Shown here piece after piece: positions 20,084 through 29,331 of a stretch of DNA of 64,000 nt (its first letter is position 1; every line of letters starts with the position of its first letter). Both the position numbers and the translations under genes were made by a program. Origin of the DNA: Bacteroidales bacterium (GTDB lineage Bacteria > Bacteroidota > Bacteroidia > Bacteroidales > UBA1556); contig JAOZPM010000001.1 of NCBI GenBank assembly GCA_029932765.1, positions 34,089-98,088 of the forward strand, in the 5' to 3' direction. A model generated the notes under the pieces. The model did not search any database. It was not told the DNA's origin and saw only the letters and a program-made list of their open reading frames with translations.

Positions 20084-20641
20084 ATGAGTACCAATAATCA
20101 AACCGAATTATCGGAATTAATTGATGGAATACGAGCTAATAAACGCAAAAGTCAAAAGCGTTTATATGAGAAGTATTTTGGTCTTATGATGAGTATCTCG
20201 ATGAGATACTGTGGTAACTGGGATGAAGCTAGTGAGGTTGTTAATAGTGGGTTTTTAAAAGTTTTCCTTAAGATTGATAAATATTCAGGAAAAGGCTCAT
20301 TTGAAGGATGGATGAAACGTATTATTGTAAATACTGCTCTAGACCATATAAAAAGCTTAAAGCTAGAATCTGTTGAATTAAATGATAATAATATCTTTGA
20401 AAGTGATTTCTATTTTGAGAATGATGCTTTAAGTGATTTTAATGTAGAGGAGATATTAGATTATGTTCAGATGCTTCCCCCAATGACAAGAGCTGTTTTT
20501 AACATGAATATTATGGAAGGTATGAAACATAAGGAAATATCTGACAAACTAAATATTAGTGAAGGAACATCTCATTGGCATTTGCAGAATGCAAGAAAGA
20601 TATTAAGAGGTAATATCGATAGACACAACTATTCTAAATAA
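20084..20641 (+). CDS. RNA polymerase ECF-type sigma-70 factor
   Basis: 185 aa. Region 2 (YEKYFGLMMSISMRYCGNWDEASEVVNSGFLKVF) and region 4 HTH (MKHKEISDKLNISEGTSHWHLQNARKIL). Confidence 0.85.
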   Translation: MSTNNQTELSELIDGIRANKRKSQKRLYEKYFGLMMSISMRYCGNWDEASEVVNSGFLKVFLKIDKYSGKGSFEGWMKRIIVNTALDHIKSLKLESVELNDNNIFESDFYFENDALSDFNVEEILDYVQMLPPMTRAVFNMNIMEGMKHKEISDKLNISEGTSHWHLQNARKILRGNIDRHNYSK

Positions 20642-20649
20642 ATATATAT

Positions 20650-21456
20650 ATGGCTAATCCAAACATAGACAAATTAATTCAAGACAAGCTCAATGACTTG
20701 AATTGCGAATATAAGTCAGAGTACTGGACTAATATGGAAAAGGTGATAAATAGCTCTACATTATCTAATGTTGGAGCTACTGCTACTCAAGTAGCCTCTT
20801 CTTCTTTTTCTACGACTTTAATTGTTTCAATCAGTACTGTTGCTATTATAGTTGCAGGCTTCACTTATTACCTTCTAAACCTAGATTGCTTAACAAGTGA
20901 TGATGACAATACAGTGGATACTAATGTAACTAGCGCTTCTATTAATATTATAAATACAGAAGATATTAAACAAATAGAACCTTCTGAATTTAATAATTCT
21001 AATAAATTAACCAAAGAGGTAATTAGTATTACTGATAACAATACTATAATACCTAGCAAAAAAGTTTCTATAGAAACTACAAGCAATAATATAGAATTAG
21101 TAATTGAAGAAACAGAGCTTTTCACCAAGAGTAATATTGATTTAATAGAAAACTCTGATGCAACTAGTAAAGATTGTGAAGAAGTTGATATAAATGATAT
21201 AGTAGTTGATGAATTAAATACTGAAGATTTCAATAATCATCTTGAAAGTGATAAAGTAGAAACACATTTAATTCAAAATGCAGCAATCGTAAATATCGAA
21301 CAAGATTCTAATACTAATCCTACTAAAGAAGTTAATACTCAATTAGTAAAGAAGGATAATAGTGAAGTTAAGAATGTTAAACCTATGAGAAACCCTTCGG
21401 GAAAAGTGTTTAAGAAGAAGGGTGGAATCTTCAAATGGTTATCTAGGAAAAAATAA
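20650..21456 (+). CDS. Hypothetical single-pass membrane protein, possible anti-sigma factor
   Basis: 268 aa, 8 nt after the sigma gene. It has one TM (LIVSISTVAIIVAGFTYYLL), an N/T/D/E-rich low-complexity ectodomain and a basic C-terminus. No recognisable anti-sigma domain. Confidence 0.35.
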   Translation: MANPNIDKLIQDKLNDLNCEYKSEYWTNMEKVINSSTLSNVGATATQVASSSFSTTLIVSISTVAIIVAGFTYYLLNLDCLTSDDDNTVDTNVTSASINIINTEDIKQIEPSEFNNSNKLTKEVISITDNNTIIPSKKVSIETTSNNIELVIEETELFTKSNIDLIENSDATSKDCEEVDINDIVVDELNTEDFNNHLESDKVETHLIQNAAIVNIEQDSNTNPTKEVNTQLVKKDNSEVKNVKPMRNPSGKVFKKKGGIFKWLSRKK

Positions 21457-21460
21457 AATT

Positions 21461-21490
21461 AAAAAGCTCACAATAATGTGAGCTTTTTTT
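21461..21490 (+). terminator. Intrinsic terminator after the sigma/anti-sigma-like pair
   Basis: 12-bp stem aaaaagctcaca / tgtgagcttttt with a 4-nt loop, followed by a T-run. Confidence 0.65.
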
Positions 21491-21498
21491 TATATTTG
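21491..21498 (+). promoter_or_regulatory. -7 box TATATTTG upstream of 21542
   Basis: Exact TAnnTTTG, 43 nt upstream of the ATG. Confidence 0.4.
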
Positions 21499-21541
21499 CA
21501 ATTACTAGTTAATAGACTACCCTATTATATAACTATTAAAA

Positions 21542-22369
21542 ATGAAGTATATACCATTCAAAATACAAAGCTTTTTTATAATAATAATACTAGCCGCATT
21601 TACGTCATGCAATGGAGTTAATAGCGGCGAAACAAATAGAACAAGCAATAATCCAAAAAGTATACATCTTGCTATTACTAAAGCCCATGGCAGTACTGGT
21701 TATGAACAATATAAAAAATGGATATTGCACCACGATTCTGCTATCATTATATATGATCTATACGATTTATCATTAGATAGTGCGAGTAAAATTATAGATA
21801 TTGTTGATGGAATAATAATAAGCGGTGGACCAGATGTTAACCCTAAACTTTATCATGAAGATAGCCTTTCCTATATATGTGAAGTCCCTGACAATTATCG
21901 CGATTCGTTAGAATTTCAATCAATATTTTTAGCTTATAGCAAACAACTACCTATATTGGGAATCTGCAGAGGACAACAAATTCTGAATGTATTTTTTGGA
22001 GGTAGCCTAATTGCTGATATACCAACGATGCATGGAACCAAAGTAATACATCGTATAGATACAGGAGCAATTCATCAAATTATTGTACAAACAGAAGATA
22101 TTCTATTGGGATCAAATATTTATGATACAATTCTTGTAAATTCATATCATCATCAAGCAATAAATAGATTAGCAAAATCTTTTGTAGTAAATGCTATCTC
22201 AACAGATAGTATAGTAGAATCTGTAATTTTAAAAGATACTATATACTATCCAAGTTTTTTCTTAGGAGTTCAGTTTCACCCAGAACATATGATTGATACT
22301 GACATTTCGAATTCAATAGCTAAAAATTTTATAGCATCTTTAAAAAAACAATCTCAAAAAAATAATTAA
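21542..22369 (+). CDS. Class I glutamine amidotransferase / gamma-glutamyl-gamma-aminobutyrate hydrolase family (peptidase C26) lipoprotein
   Basis: 275 aa. Lipobox-like AAFTSC, nucleophile elbow GICRGQQILN and GVQFHPE motif. Confidence 0.7.
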   Translation: MKYIPFKIQSFFIIIILAAFTSCNGVNSGETNRTSNNPKSIHLAITKAHGSTGYEQYKKWILHHDSAIIIYDLYDLSLDSASKIIDIVDGIIISGGPDVNPKLYHEDSLSYICEVPDNYRDSLEFQSIFLAYSKQLPILGICRGQQILNVFFGGSLIADIPTMHGTKVIHRIDTGAIHQIIVQTEDILLGSNIYDTILVNSYHHQAINRLAKSFVVNAISTDSIVESVILKDTIYYPSFFLGVQFHPEHMIDTDISNSIAKNFIASLKKQSQKNN

Positions 22370-22370
22370 A

Positions 22371-23696
22371 ATGACAAAGTGGTCTTTATCGTACGAAATG
22401 CTCAGAGTAGTAATACGACAGTTCTTCCAAAATTTTTATAGGAAAATTGAAAGTGATGGATTGGAAAATATTCCTGATAATAAGCCTACTATTTTTGCGG
22501 CCAATCACCAGAATGCGCTGATGGATCCTTGGGGGATTTTATTTACTAGTAAGCAACAAACAGTATTTCTAACTAGAGCAGATATTTTTAATAATCCAAT
22601 ATTATTAAAAATATTTACATTCTTCAAAATGTTGCCTATTTATAGAATTAGAGATGGAAAAGAGAGCCTTAAGAAAAATGAAGAAATATTTAATAAAAGT
22701 ATTGAGATATTAGAAGCAAATATGTCTTTAGGATTATTTCCTGAAGCAACCCATACTAATAAACGTCACCTGCGACCATTAAAAAAAGCTGTTCCAAGAA
22801 TTGCTTTTCAAGCTGAAATAAATAATAACTATGAACTGGATTTAACTATAATTCCAGTTGGCATATACTATGATGACTATGTTCACTCGAATTCAAATTT
22901 GTTTGTTAACTATGGTAAACCAATTAAAATTAAGCAATTTAAAAAAGAATTTGAAGAAAATGAGCAAAAAGGATTTAACGCTCTGAAGGTGAAATTAGAA
23001 GAAGAAATTAAGCCTTTAATAATTCATGAGCCTGATATGCAGCATTACGATTTATATGAAGGTATTAGAACGTATTATAGAAATACAATGCTTCAAAAGC
23101 TCAATCTCAAATCGAATTTACTTAAGAACCGATTTAAGGCTGACAAAGTAACTGTTGATCGTTTAAAAAATTACTTTATTGATCAAGATAATAGTATAAG
23201 TAACTTAGACACAGCATTTAATCAGTTTAATACTTTTTGTAATAAAAAAGGAATTAGTACAATTGATACTAAAAAACCAATCTCTTTTATCAGCATAATA
23301 TATAATTCTTTGCTATTCCTGCTTGGTTTGCCAATATTTATTTTTGCTTTTATTAATAATGCTATTTACTACAAACTACTAATGAAGTTTCTTGTAAGTA
23401 TAAAAGACAAGCAATTTCATACTTCCATAAAGTCGGTAGTTACTCTATTACTAACATTTGTAATATATCCTATACAAGCTGCTATTTTGTGGGCAATTAG
23501 TGGAAATGGACAATGGGCACTCGTTTATCTAGTCTTATTACCATTAACAGCTTTATTTGCTAATAAATACCGTTATAAATTTAATGATTTTAAAAATAAA
23601 CTAATTTTCTGGAAATTAATAAAATCGAAAGATTATAAGGAATATACAGCAAAGAAAGGTAATATGGATAAGATACTTATTAAGGTAATGAGTTAG
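22371..23696 (+). CDS. Lysophospholipid (1-acyl-sn-glycerol-3-phosphate) acyltransferase family protein with C-terminal TM extension
   Basis: 441 aa. Has the HX4D-type motif ANHQNALMDP, the FPEATHT motif and C-terminal hydrophobic helices. Confidence 0.65.
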   Translation: MTKWSLSYEMLRVVIRQFFQNFYRKIESDGLENIPDNKPTIFAANHQNALMDPWGILFTSKQQTVFLTRADIFNNPILLKIFTFFKMLPIYRIRDGKESLKKNEEIFNKSIEILEANMSLGLFPEATHTNKRHLRPLKKAVPRIAFQAEINNNYELDLTIIPVGIYYDDYVHSNSNLFVNYGKPIKIKQFKKEFEENEQKGFNALKVKLEEEIKPLIIHEPDMQHYDLYEGIRTYYRNTMLQKLNLKSNLLKNRFKADKVTVDRLKNYFIDQDNSISNLDTAFNQFNTFCNKKGISTIDTKKPISFISIIYNSLLFLLGLPIFIFAFINNAIYYKLLMKFLVSIKDKQFHTSIKSVVTLLLTFVIYPIQAAILWAISGNGQWALVYLVLLPLTALFANKYRYKFNDFKNKLIFWKLIKSKDYKEYTAKKGNMDKILIKVMS

Positions 23697-23699
23697 TAG

Positions 23700-24662
23700 C
23701 TATCGTTTCTTTTGCTTTTTCTTAGCTTTTTCTGATTTAATACCACTAACTTCTTTCTCCTTCTTTACTTTTTTCTTAATCTGTTTTTCTTCTTTTTGAG
23801 GAGCAGTTGCAGCAACTTCTATTGGCTTATTAATGGTATCAGCTTTAATTTCGCACATACAACGAAATGTAATCCAATCAGTTGTCTTTTCAAAAGCCAT
23901 ATAGCTAACATCGCCTATTCCTGCCTCATCAATCCAATTGAAACCAATAGTAATTATACCACCTTTAAGATACTCTGCTGCATTTTCTGATTCATAACAA
24001 AATCTTTTACCTTTTTTAGTATTATAAGGGCTTGCCAAATTACTAATTACAGGATTTCTTTTTATAGTTTTAATCTTAACCACATCTTCAAAAAATATGC
24101 CCATAGCCTTCTCCCATTCTTTTCTTTCTATAACCCTATAAACAAAATTAATGGGAAACTTTTTTCTTTGGTTTAAAGTTTTGCATTGTATAGCATAATT
24201 CAACTTAACTTTATCTGTACGCCATTTGCAATACTCTTTTATTTGTCGAGGATTAATATTTACCATTGGATAATGATAGAAATTAGACCTAGTAAGTCTA
24301 TGATCAACTTCGTATATGTGTTTATCATTACCAACAGTTTTCCAAATTCTAGTAAGCATATCTTTATAGTAAATACTATCCATTGGTAAAGAAGCATATA
24401 CTTGCTTAAGATCCTCAGCATTTAAACCAAATATTGGAAGCTTATGTAATGTGTCGCGTAATCCTGGAGAATAAGAACGACGTATATCTGCTAAAAACTC
24501 TAAATAATCATATACTTTTATTGGCTGTTTATCAATATATAAACTATCTGATAAAGGTATAGTTCCATAAGGCAAATTATGGAACTCCACTTTTCTTCTA
24601 TTTGGATTAGGAGCAAAGCCAAACAGAATAATTACAAATATTATTAACAGTCTATATAACAA
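23700..24662 (-). CDS. Hypothetical protein, possibly SUMF1/FGE-like domain, with Lys-rich C-terminal tail
   Basis: 320 aa with a TTG start and an N-terminal TM. It shows weak FGE-like features (…WITFRCMCE) and ends in a KEEKQIKKKVKKEKE...KKKQKKR tail. Function uncertain. Confidence 0.3.
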   Translation of the reverse strand: MLYRLLIIFVIILFGFAPNPNRRKVEFHNLPYGTIPLSDSLYIDKQPIKVYDYLEFLADIRRSYSPGLRDTLHKLPIFGLNAEDLKQVYASLPMDSIYYKDMLTRIWKTVGNDKHIYEVDHRLTRSNFYHYPMVNINPRQIKEYCKWRTDKVKLNYAIQCKTLNQRKKFPINFVYRVIERKEWEKAMGIFFEDVVKIKTIKRNPVISNLASPYNTKKGKRFCYESENAAEYLKGGIITIGFNWIDEAGIGDVSYMAFEKTTDWITFRCMCEIKADTINKPIEVAATAPQKEEKQIKKKVKKEKEVSGIKSEKAKKKQKKR

Positions 24663-24731
24663 AGGTCTATATTTTAATAAATCTAGGAACTTTTATACGC
24701 ACAAATTACTAAAAGGTTATATCAATTTAAT

Positions 24732-24739
24732 TACTTTTG
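24732..24739 (+). promoter_or_regulatory. -7 box TACTTTTG only 5 nt before the ATG at 24745 (leaderless-type arrangement)
   Basis: Exact TAnnTTTG. The ATG is at 24745-24747. Confidence 0.35.
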
Positions 24740-24744
24740 TTGGT

Positions 24745-25464
24745 ATGATAAAAGACGCAATAATTATAACAGGCACTAGTTCTGGAATCGGTTTAGGATT
24801 AACAAAATATTATCTAGAAAAAAGATATAAAGTTATTGGCCTTGCTCGCAGAAATCCTAAAGAACTATCATCATATAATAACTATTCCCATATTAGTATG
24901 GATATTACTGACCCAATTGCAATTAGTAAAGCTTTTGACAAACTTCTTAAAGAGATAATTAGTATAAAGCTTATGGTTTTAAACGCTGGTGTTCTGGGCG
25001 GTATAGATAGATTAGAGAATATTAGTATTGAAGACTCGAAGAATGTATTGGAGACAAACCTATGGGCGAATAAATCAATAATAGATAAATTAATTCTGTC
25101 TAAAACTAATCTTAAACAAGTTATAGCAATCTCGAGTGGTGCCTCTAAAAATGGCTCTGCAGGTTGGGGCCCTTATAGTATATCAAAGGCTGCATTGAAT
25201 ATATTAATTAATACATACTCCAAAGAAAACCCTGAAATACATTTTAGCAGTATAGCTCCAGGGCTTGTGGATACAGCAATGCAAGAACATATTACTAGTC
25301 TGGATAATAATGATAATTTTGAATCAATAAATAGAATTCAAGCAGCAAAAGGAACAAGTGATATGCCTTTGCCATCGGCAATTGCAAAAGACCTTGCAAT
25401 AATGTTTGAAAAAATATACACTAATGAAATATCAGGAGAATTTTTTGATATAAGAAATTACTAA
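24745..25464 (+). CDS. Short-chain dehydrogenase/reductase (SDR) family oxidoreductase
   Basis: 239 aa. Has the TGTSSGIGLG cofactor motif and the YSISKAAL catalytic motif. Confidence 0.8.
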   Translation: MIKDAIIITGTSSGIGLGLTKYYLEKRYKVIGLARRNPKELSSYNNYSHISMDITDPIAISKAFDKLLKEIISIKLMVLNAGVLGGIDRLENISIEDSKNVLETNLWANKSIIDKLILSKTNLKQVIAISSGASKNGSAGWGPYSISKAALNILINTYSKENPEIHFSSIAPGLVDTAMQEHITSLDNNDNFESINRIQAAKGTSDMPLPSAIAKDLAIMFEKIYTNEISGEFFDIRNY

Positions 25465-25973
25465 TCAACCTTAAACATTGGGCATAACTCCTGGTATATC
25501 ATATAATTGATATCATCGTAGCATACAAAAGTTACATTAAGATTATATTTTCCTTCGTTTAAGAATTTAGTGACAGTTTCGATAGCCACATGTGCTGCAT
25601 CTATCTTAGGCATACCATATACACCTGTAGAGATATTAGGAAAAGCAATAGATTTACAATTGTTCTCAACAGCCAATAATAGTGAATTCCTATATGCAGA
25701 TCTTAATAATTCTATTTCGTCATCGTTTCCACCATTCCACACAGGACCAACAGCATGAATAACAAATGAAGAAGGTAGATTATATGCTTTTGTAATCTTA
25801 GCTTCGCCTACGGCACAACCACCAAGACTTAATGATTCTTTTAATAAATTTGAGCCAGCAGCTTTATTAATTGCTCCATCAACACCACCACCTCCTTTTA
25901 GTTGAGGATTAGCAGCATTTACAATAGCATCAACTTTTAATTTCGTAATATCTCCCTTAATTGTATTTTTCAT
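25461..25973 (-). CDS. Macro domain protein (O-acetyl-ADP-ribose deacetylase, YmdB-like)
   Basis: 170 aa. Motifs IVNAANPQLKGGGGVDGAI and ISTGVYG. Its 3' end overlaps the SDR gene by 4 nt (convergent). Confidence 0.85.
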   Translation of the reverse strand: MKNTIKGDITKLKVDAIVNAANPQLKGGGGVDGAINKAAGSNLLKESLSLGGCAVGEAKITKAYNLPSSFVIHAVGPVWNGGNDDEIELLRSAYRNSLLLAVENNCKSIAFPNISTGVYGMPKIDAAHVAIETVTKFLNEGKYNLNVTFVCYDDINYMIYQELCPMFKVD

Positions 25974-26072
25974 AATTTATTAATTCCCTTAGAATTATAT
26001 CTCATTTGCAAAAATATAATATTTTATTATATCTAATTCATATTTATAGAAAAACCACTATAATAATTTTAG

Positions 26073-26080
26073 TAAATTTG
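26073..26080 (+). promoter_or_regulatory. -7 box TAAATTTG upstream of the GT2 gene
   Basis: Exact TAnnTTTG, 25 nt upstream of the TTG start at 26106. Confidence 0.35.
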
Positions 26081-26105
26081 TTTTTAAATAATACAACCTT
26101 TTATA

Positions 26106-27317
26106 TTGAAAAATAAGCTTTACATAGCACTACCACTACTCGACGAACTTGAAAATATTGATCTTATATTCAATAGTTTAAGAATGCAAACATATACTAA
26201 TTTTGTATTAGTAGTTTGTGTTAATCAACCTGATGATTGGTGGAATGACAGCACCAAAATAGAAATCTGCAAGCGTAATATCAAAAGTATTAATATAATA
26301 AATAAGTATTCCATAGATTATAATATCGAGACTCATATTATAGATAAAAGCAGTAAAGGCAATGGATGGCAGGCTAAAAAAATAGGTGTTGGTTGGGCTC
26401 GTAAAACCATAATAGATAAGATAGGAACTATTGCCAAAGATGAAGATATAATAATAAGCCTTGATGGAGACACTTACTATCATGAACGATATTTTGAAGC
26501 AATAGTTGAGAGTCTTGCTAACAATAAAGATATTGATATAATATCTATACCATACTATCATCCGCTAAATGATGATGATAAAGCAAATAGGGCAATTCTC
26601 CGCTATGAAATATATATGCGTTACTATTTTCTAAATTTAATACGTATAAAAAGCCCTTATGCATTCTCTGCATTGGGGTCTGCCATAGCTTTTAAACAAA
26701 AAGCCATTAAAAAGATAGGTGGTTTTACACCTAAAAAAAGTGGTGAGGATTTTTACTTTATTCAAAAAATGATTAAGCATAAACCCATTGGAAATTGGCT
26801 TGATGAGAAAGTTTATCCTGCTGCAAGATTTTCGAATAGAGTATTTTTTGGTACAGGACCGGCAATGATAAGAGGCAATGCTGATAATTGGGATTCTTAT
26901 CCGCTATACCCTATTTTTCTATTTAATAAAGTCCAAGAATTTTATAATTTAATTCCTCAGCTTTATTCGAAAAATATAGATACGCCAATTGATTCTTTCT
27001 GGAATAGCAAAGAATCTAAAGATACAATTTTTGAAAAACTAAGAAAGAATAATAAGGATCTAAAGCATTTTACTAAAGCTATTTATGATTACTTTGATGC
27101 TTTACGAACATTACAGTTTCTTAAGTCTAATTACACTAGCAATAAAGAGGAAGAAAATCTTATGGAATTTCTTAGAACTGATTTTGCCAAAGGAATTGAT
27201 GATAAACTCCTAATAAATTTAGACTTTAAGGATTCATCTTTACATCAATTGAATGCAATAAGAGATTATCTTTGTAATATTGAAGATAAATATAGAAAAC
27301 AAATTTCTAATTTCTAA
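26106..27317 (+). CDS. Glycosyltransferase family 2-like protein
   Basis: 403 aa with a TTG start. GT-A features: FVLVVCVNQPDD and SLDGDTYY (DxD-like). Confidence 0.55.
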   Translation: MKNKLYIALPLLDELENIDLIFNSLRMQTYTNFVLVVCVNQPDDWWNDSTKIEICKRNIKSINIINKYSIDYNIETHIIDKSSKGNGWQAKKIGVGWARKTIIDKIGTIAKDEDIIISLDGDTYYHERYFEAIVESLANNKDIDIISIPYYHPLNDDDKANRAILRYEIYMRYYFLNLIRIKSPYAFSALGSAIAFKQKAIKKIGGFTPKKSGEDFYFIQKMIKHKPIGNWLDEKVYPAARFSNRVFFGTGPAMIRGNADNWDSYPLYPIFLFNKVQEFYNLIPQLYSKNIDTPIDSFWNSKESKDTIFEKLRKNNKDLKHFTKAIYDYFDALRTLQFLKSNYTSNKEEENLMEFLRTDFAKGIDDKLLINLDFKDSSLHQLNAIRDYLCNIEDKYRKQISNF

Positions 27318-27319
27318 TT

Positions 27320-28231
27320 ATGGAAAACAAACTTATTACAATACTAGGAACCACGGCAACTGGCAAGACCAAATTAGCAGCAAGCCTTGCAGCTATTATA
27401 GGTGGTGAGATAATAAGTGCCGATTCGAGACAAGTTTATAGAGGAATGGATATTGGATCAGGAAAGGATATTACGGAATTTAATATAAATGGAATTGAAA
27501 TTCCATATCATTTAATTGATATTGTGGACCCTGGTTATGAGTATAATGTTTATGAATATCAAAATGATTTTTTTAAAGCATATAAACAAATTATTGAGAA
27601 TAATAATATTGCAATTATAGCTGGAGGAACAGGAATGTATATAGAATCTGTACTTAAAGGCTACCGAATGGCTAAGGTAAATACTAATGAAGCATTACGA
27701 TTGCAACTGCATAAGAAAACTGATAAAGAACTTCAAGAGATTCTTTTTGAACGAAGAGTTCCGCATAATACAACAGATTTAAACGATAGAGAAAGAGCTT
27801 ATAGAGCCATTGAAATAGAAGAATACTACAAAAAACATCCAGAATTACTTATTGATGTTCCTAAGATTGAATCCATAAACTATGGAATAAGATACGATCG
27901 CCAAGAAATAAGAAACAGAATTACAGACAGATTAGATCAAAGACTTAATGAAGGCATGATCTCTGAAGTAGAGAATCTTATAAATAATGGATTAGAACCA
28001 AATAAGCTAAAGTTCTACGGACTAGAATATAAGTTTATTACTCAATATGTTATGAAAGAAATTGAGTATGGCGAGATGTTTTCTGGGCTTAATACCGCTA
28101 TTCATCAATTTGCTAAACGTCAAGAAACATGGTGGCGCAGAATGGAGAAAAATGGTACTAAAATAATTTGGATAAATGGTGACATATCTCTGGAAGAAAA
28201 ACTGGCATTTATTATTGGAAATTTAAAATAG
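27320..28231 (+). CDS. miaA: tRNA dimethylallyltransferase
   Basis: 303 aa. P-loop GTTATGKTKLA, then ISADSRQVYRGMDIGSGK. Confidence 0.9.
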   Translation: MENKLITILGTTATGKTKLAASLAAIIGGEIISADSRQVYRGMDIGSGKDITEFNINGIEIPYHLIDIVDPGYEYNVYEYQNDFFKAYKQIIENNNIAIIAGGTGMYIESVLKGYRMAKVNTNEALRLQLHKKTDKELQEILFERRVPHNTTDLNDRERAYRAIEIEEYYKKHPELLIDVPKIESINYGIRYDRQEIRNRITDRLDQRLNEGMISEVENLINNGLEPNKLKFYGLEYKFITQYVMKEIEYGEMFSGLNTAIHQFAKRQETWWRRMEKNGTKIIWINGDISLEEKLAFIIGNLK

Positions 28232-28244
28232 TCTCAATTATTTA

Positions 28245-29192
28245 CTATTTAAATTTCTTAGTATAAAAATGGCAATATGGTCTTCCAGTAGTTTTCTCAT
28301 AATATTTTTGATGTTTTTTCTCTGCTTGCCAAAACCTCTCTGAATCGTGAACCTCGGTGACCACTTCTACCCCATTATTTTCAAGTATTTCAATCAATTT
28401 AAGTATTGTTTCTTTCTGTTGTGAATTAATACAGAAAACAGCTGATTTGTACTGCTCACCAATATCAGGTCCTTGCCTATTTACTTGAGCAGGATCATGA
28501 ATTTCAAAAAACAGTTTTGCTAACTCTTCATAAGATATTATATTCTCATCAAACTCAACTTTCAAGGCCTCAATATGACCTGTACCGCCAGCACAAACCT
28601 GCTCATAGCTTGGGTTTCTTATACTTCCGCCAATATATCCAACTTGTGTAGATAATACACCTTTCTTTTTCTGAAAATAATATTCCATACCCCAAAAGCA
28701 TCCGCCAGCAAATATTGCTGTAGTCATTTTACTATAATTTACACCCATAACATTAACCTTTATTGGATTAAAACTTAAACTCAATGAATTTACACAATGA
28801 CGTATATCTTTATCAGTATATTGTTCGCCATTAAAAACATGACCTAAGTGAGCACCACATTGAGCACATAATATTTCAGTACGACTACCATCGGCATCAG
28901 TTTTTCTTTCTACCGCACCTTCTATTTCATCATCGAAACTAGGCCAACCACAATGAGAATCAAATTTATCTTCAGAATTATATAAAGGAGCATCACATTG
29001 CTTACATGCGTATACTCCTTCCTCTTTGCTATGTACATACCTACCCGTAAATGGAGCTTCCGTACCTTTATTAAGTATTACAAACCGCTCTTGTTCAGTC
29101 AATTTATTATATTCCTTTTTGTCTTGTGCACTCATTTTTATGTTATTTAGAAATACTAATGATAGAACAAAAATAACTATTATTTTATTCAT
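28245..29192 (-). CDS. msrAB: Bifunctional peptide-methionine sulfoxide reductase MsrB-MsrA, secreted
   Basis: 315 aa with a signal peptide. MsrB Zn/catalytic motifs CKQCDAPL...GWPSF...CAQCGAHLGHVF, followed by the MsrA motif GGCFWGME. Confidence 0.9.
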   Translation of the reverse strand: MNKIIVIFVLSLVFLNNIKMSAQDKKEYNKLTEQERFVILNKGTEAPFTGRYVHSKEEGVYACKQCDAPLYNSEDKFDSHCGWPSFDDEIEGAVERKTDADGSRTEILCAQCGAHLGHVFNGEQYTDKDIRHCVNSLSLSFNPIKVNVMGVNYSKMTTAIFAGGCFWGMEYYFQKKKGVLSTQVGYIGGSIRNPSYEQVCAGGTGHIEALKVEFDENIISYEELAKLFFEIHDPAQVNRQGPDIGEQYKSAVFCINSQQKETILKLIEILENNGVEVVTEVHDSERFWQAEKKHQKYYEKTTGRPYCHFYTKKFK

Positions 29193-29331
29193 TTTTATAG
29201 CTTAAAATAAGAACTTATAGAAAATTATAGCATATAACTTTATTGTCTTTATTATAAGAACAAAGCTATACCATTGATAACGAAAAAAAGTGAAAATAAT
29301 GCAATAATTATCAGAGCAATAAAAATAGTAA

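Noticed and set aside
25461-25973. The macro domain protein as part of a DarTG-like toxin-antitoxin or defence module
   Set aside because: It is a 170-aa stand-alone YmdB-type macro domain with no adjacent DarT-like or other toxin gene. Its neighbours are an SDR and a GT2.
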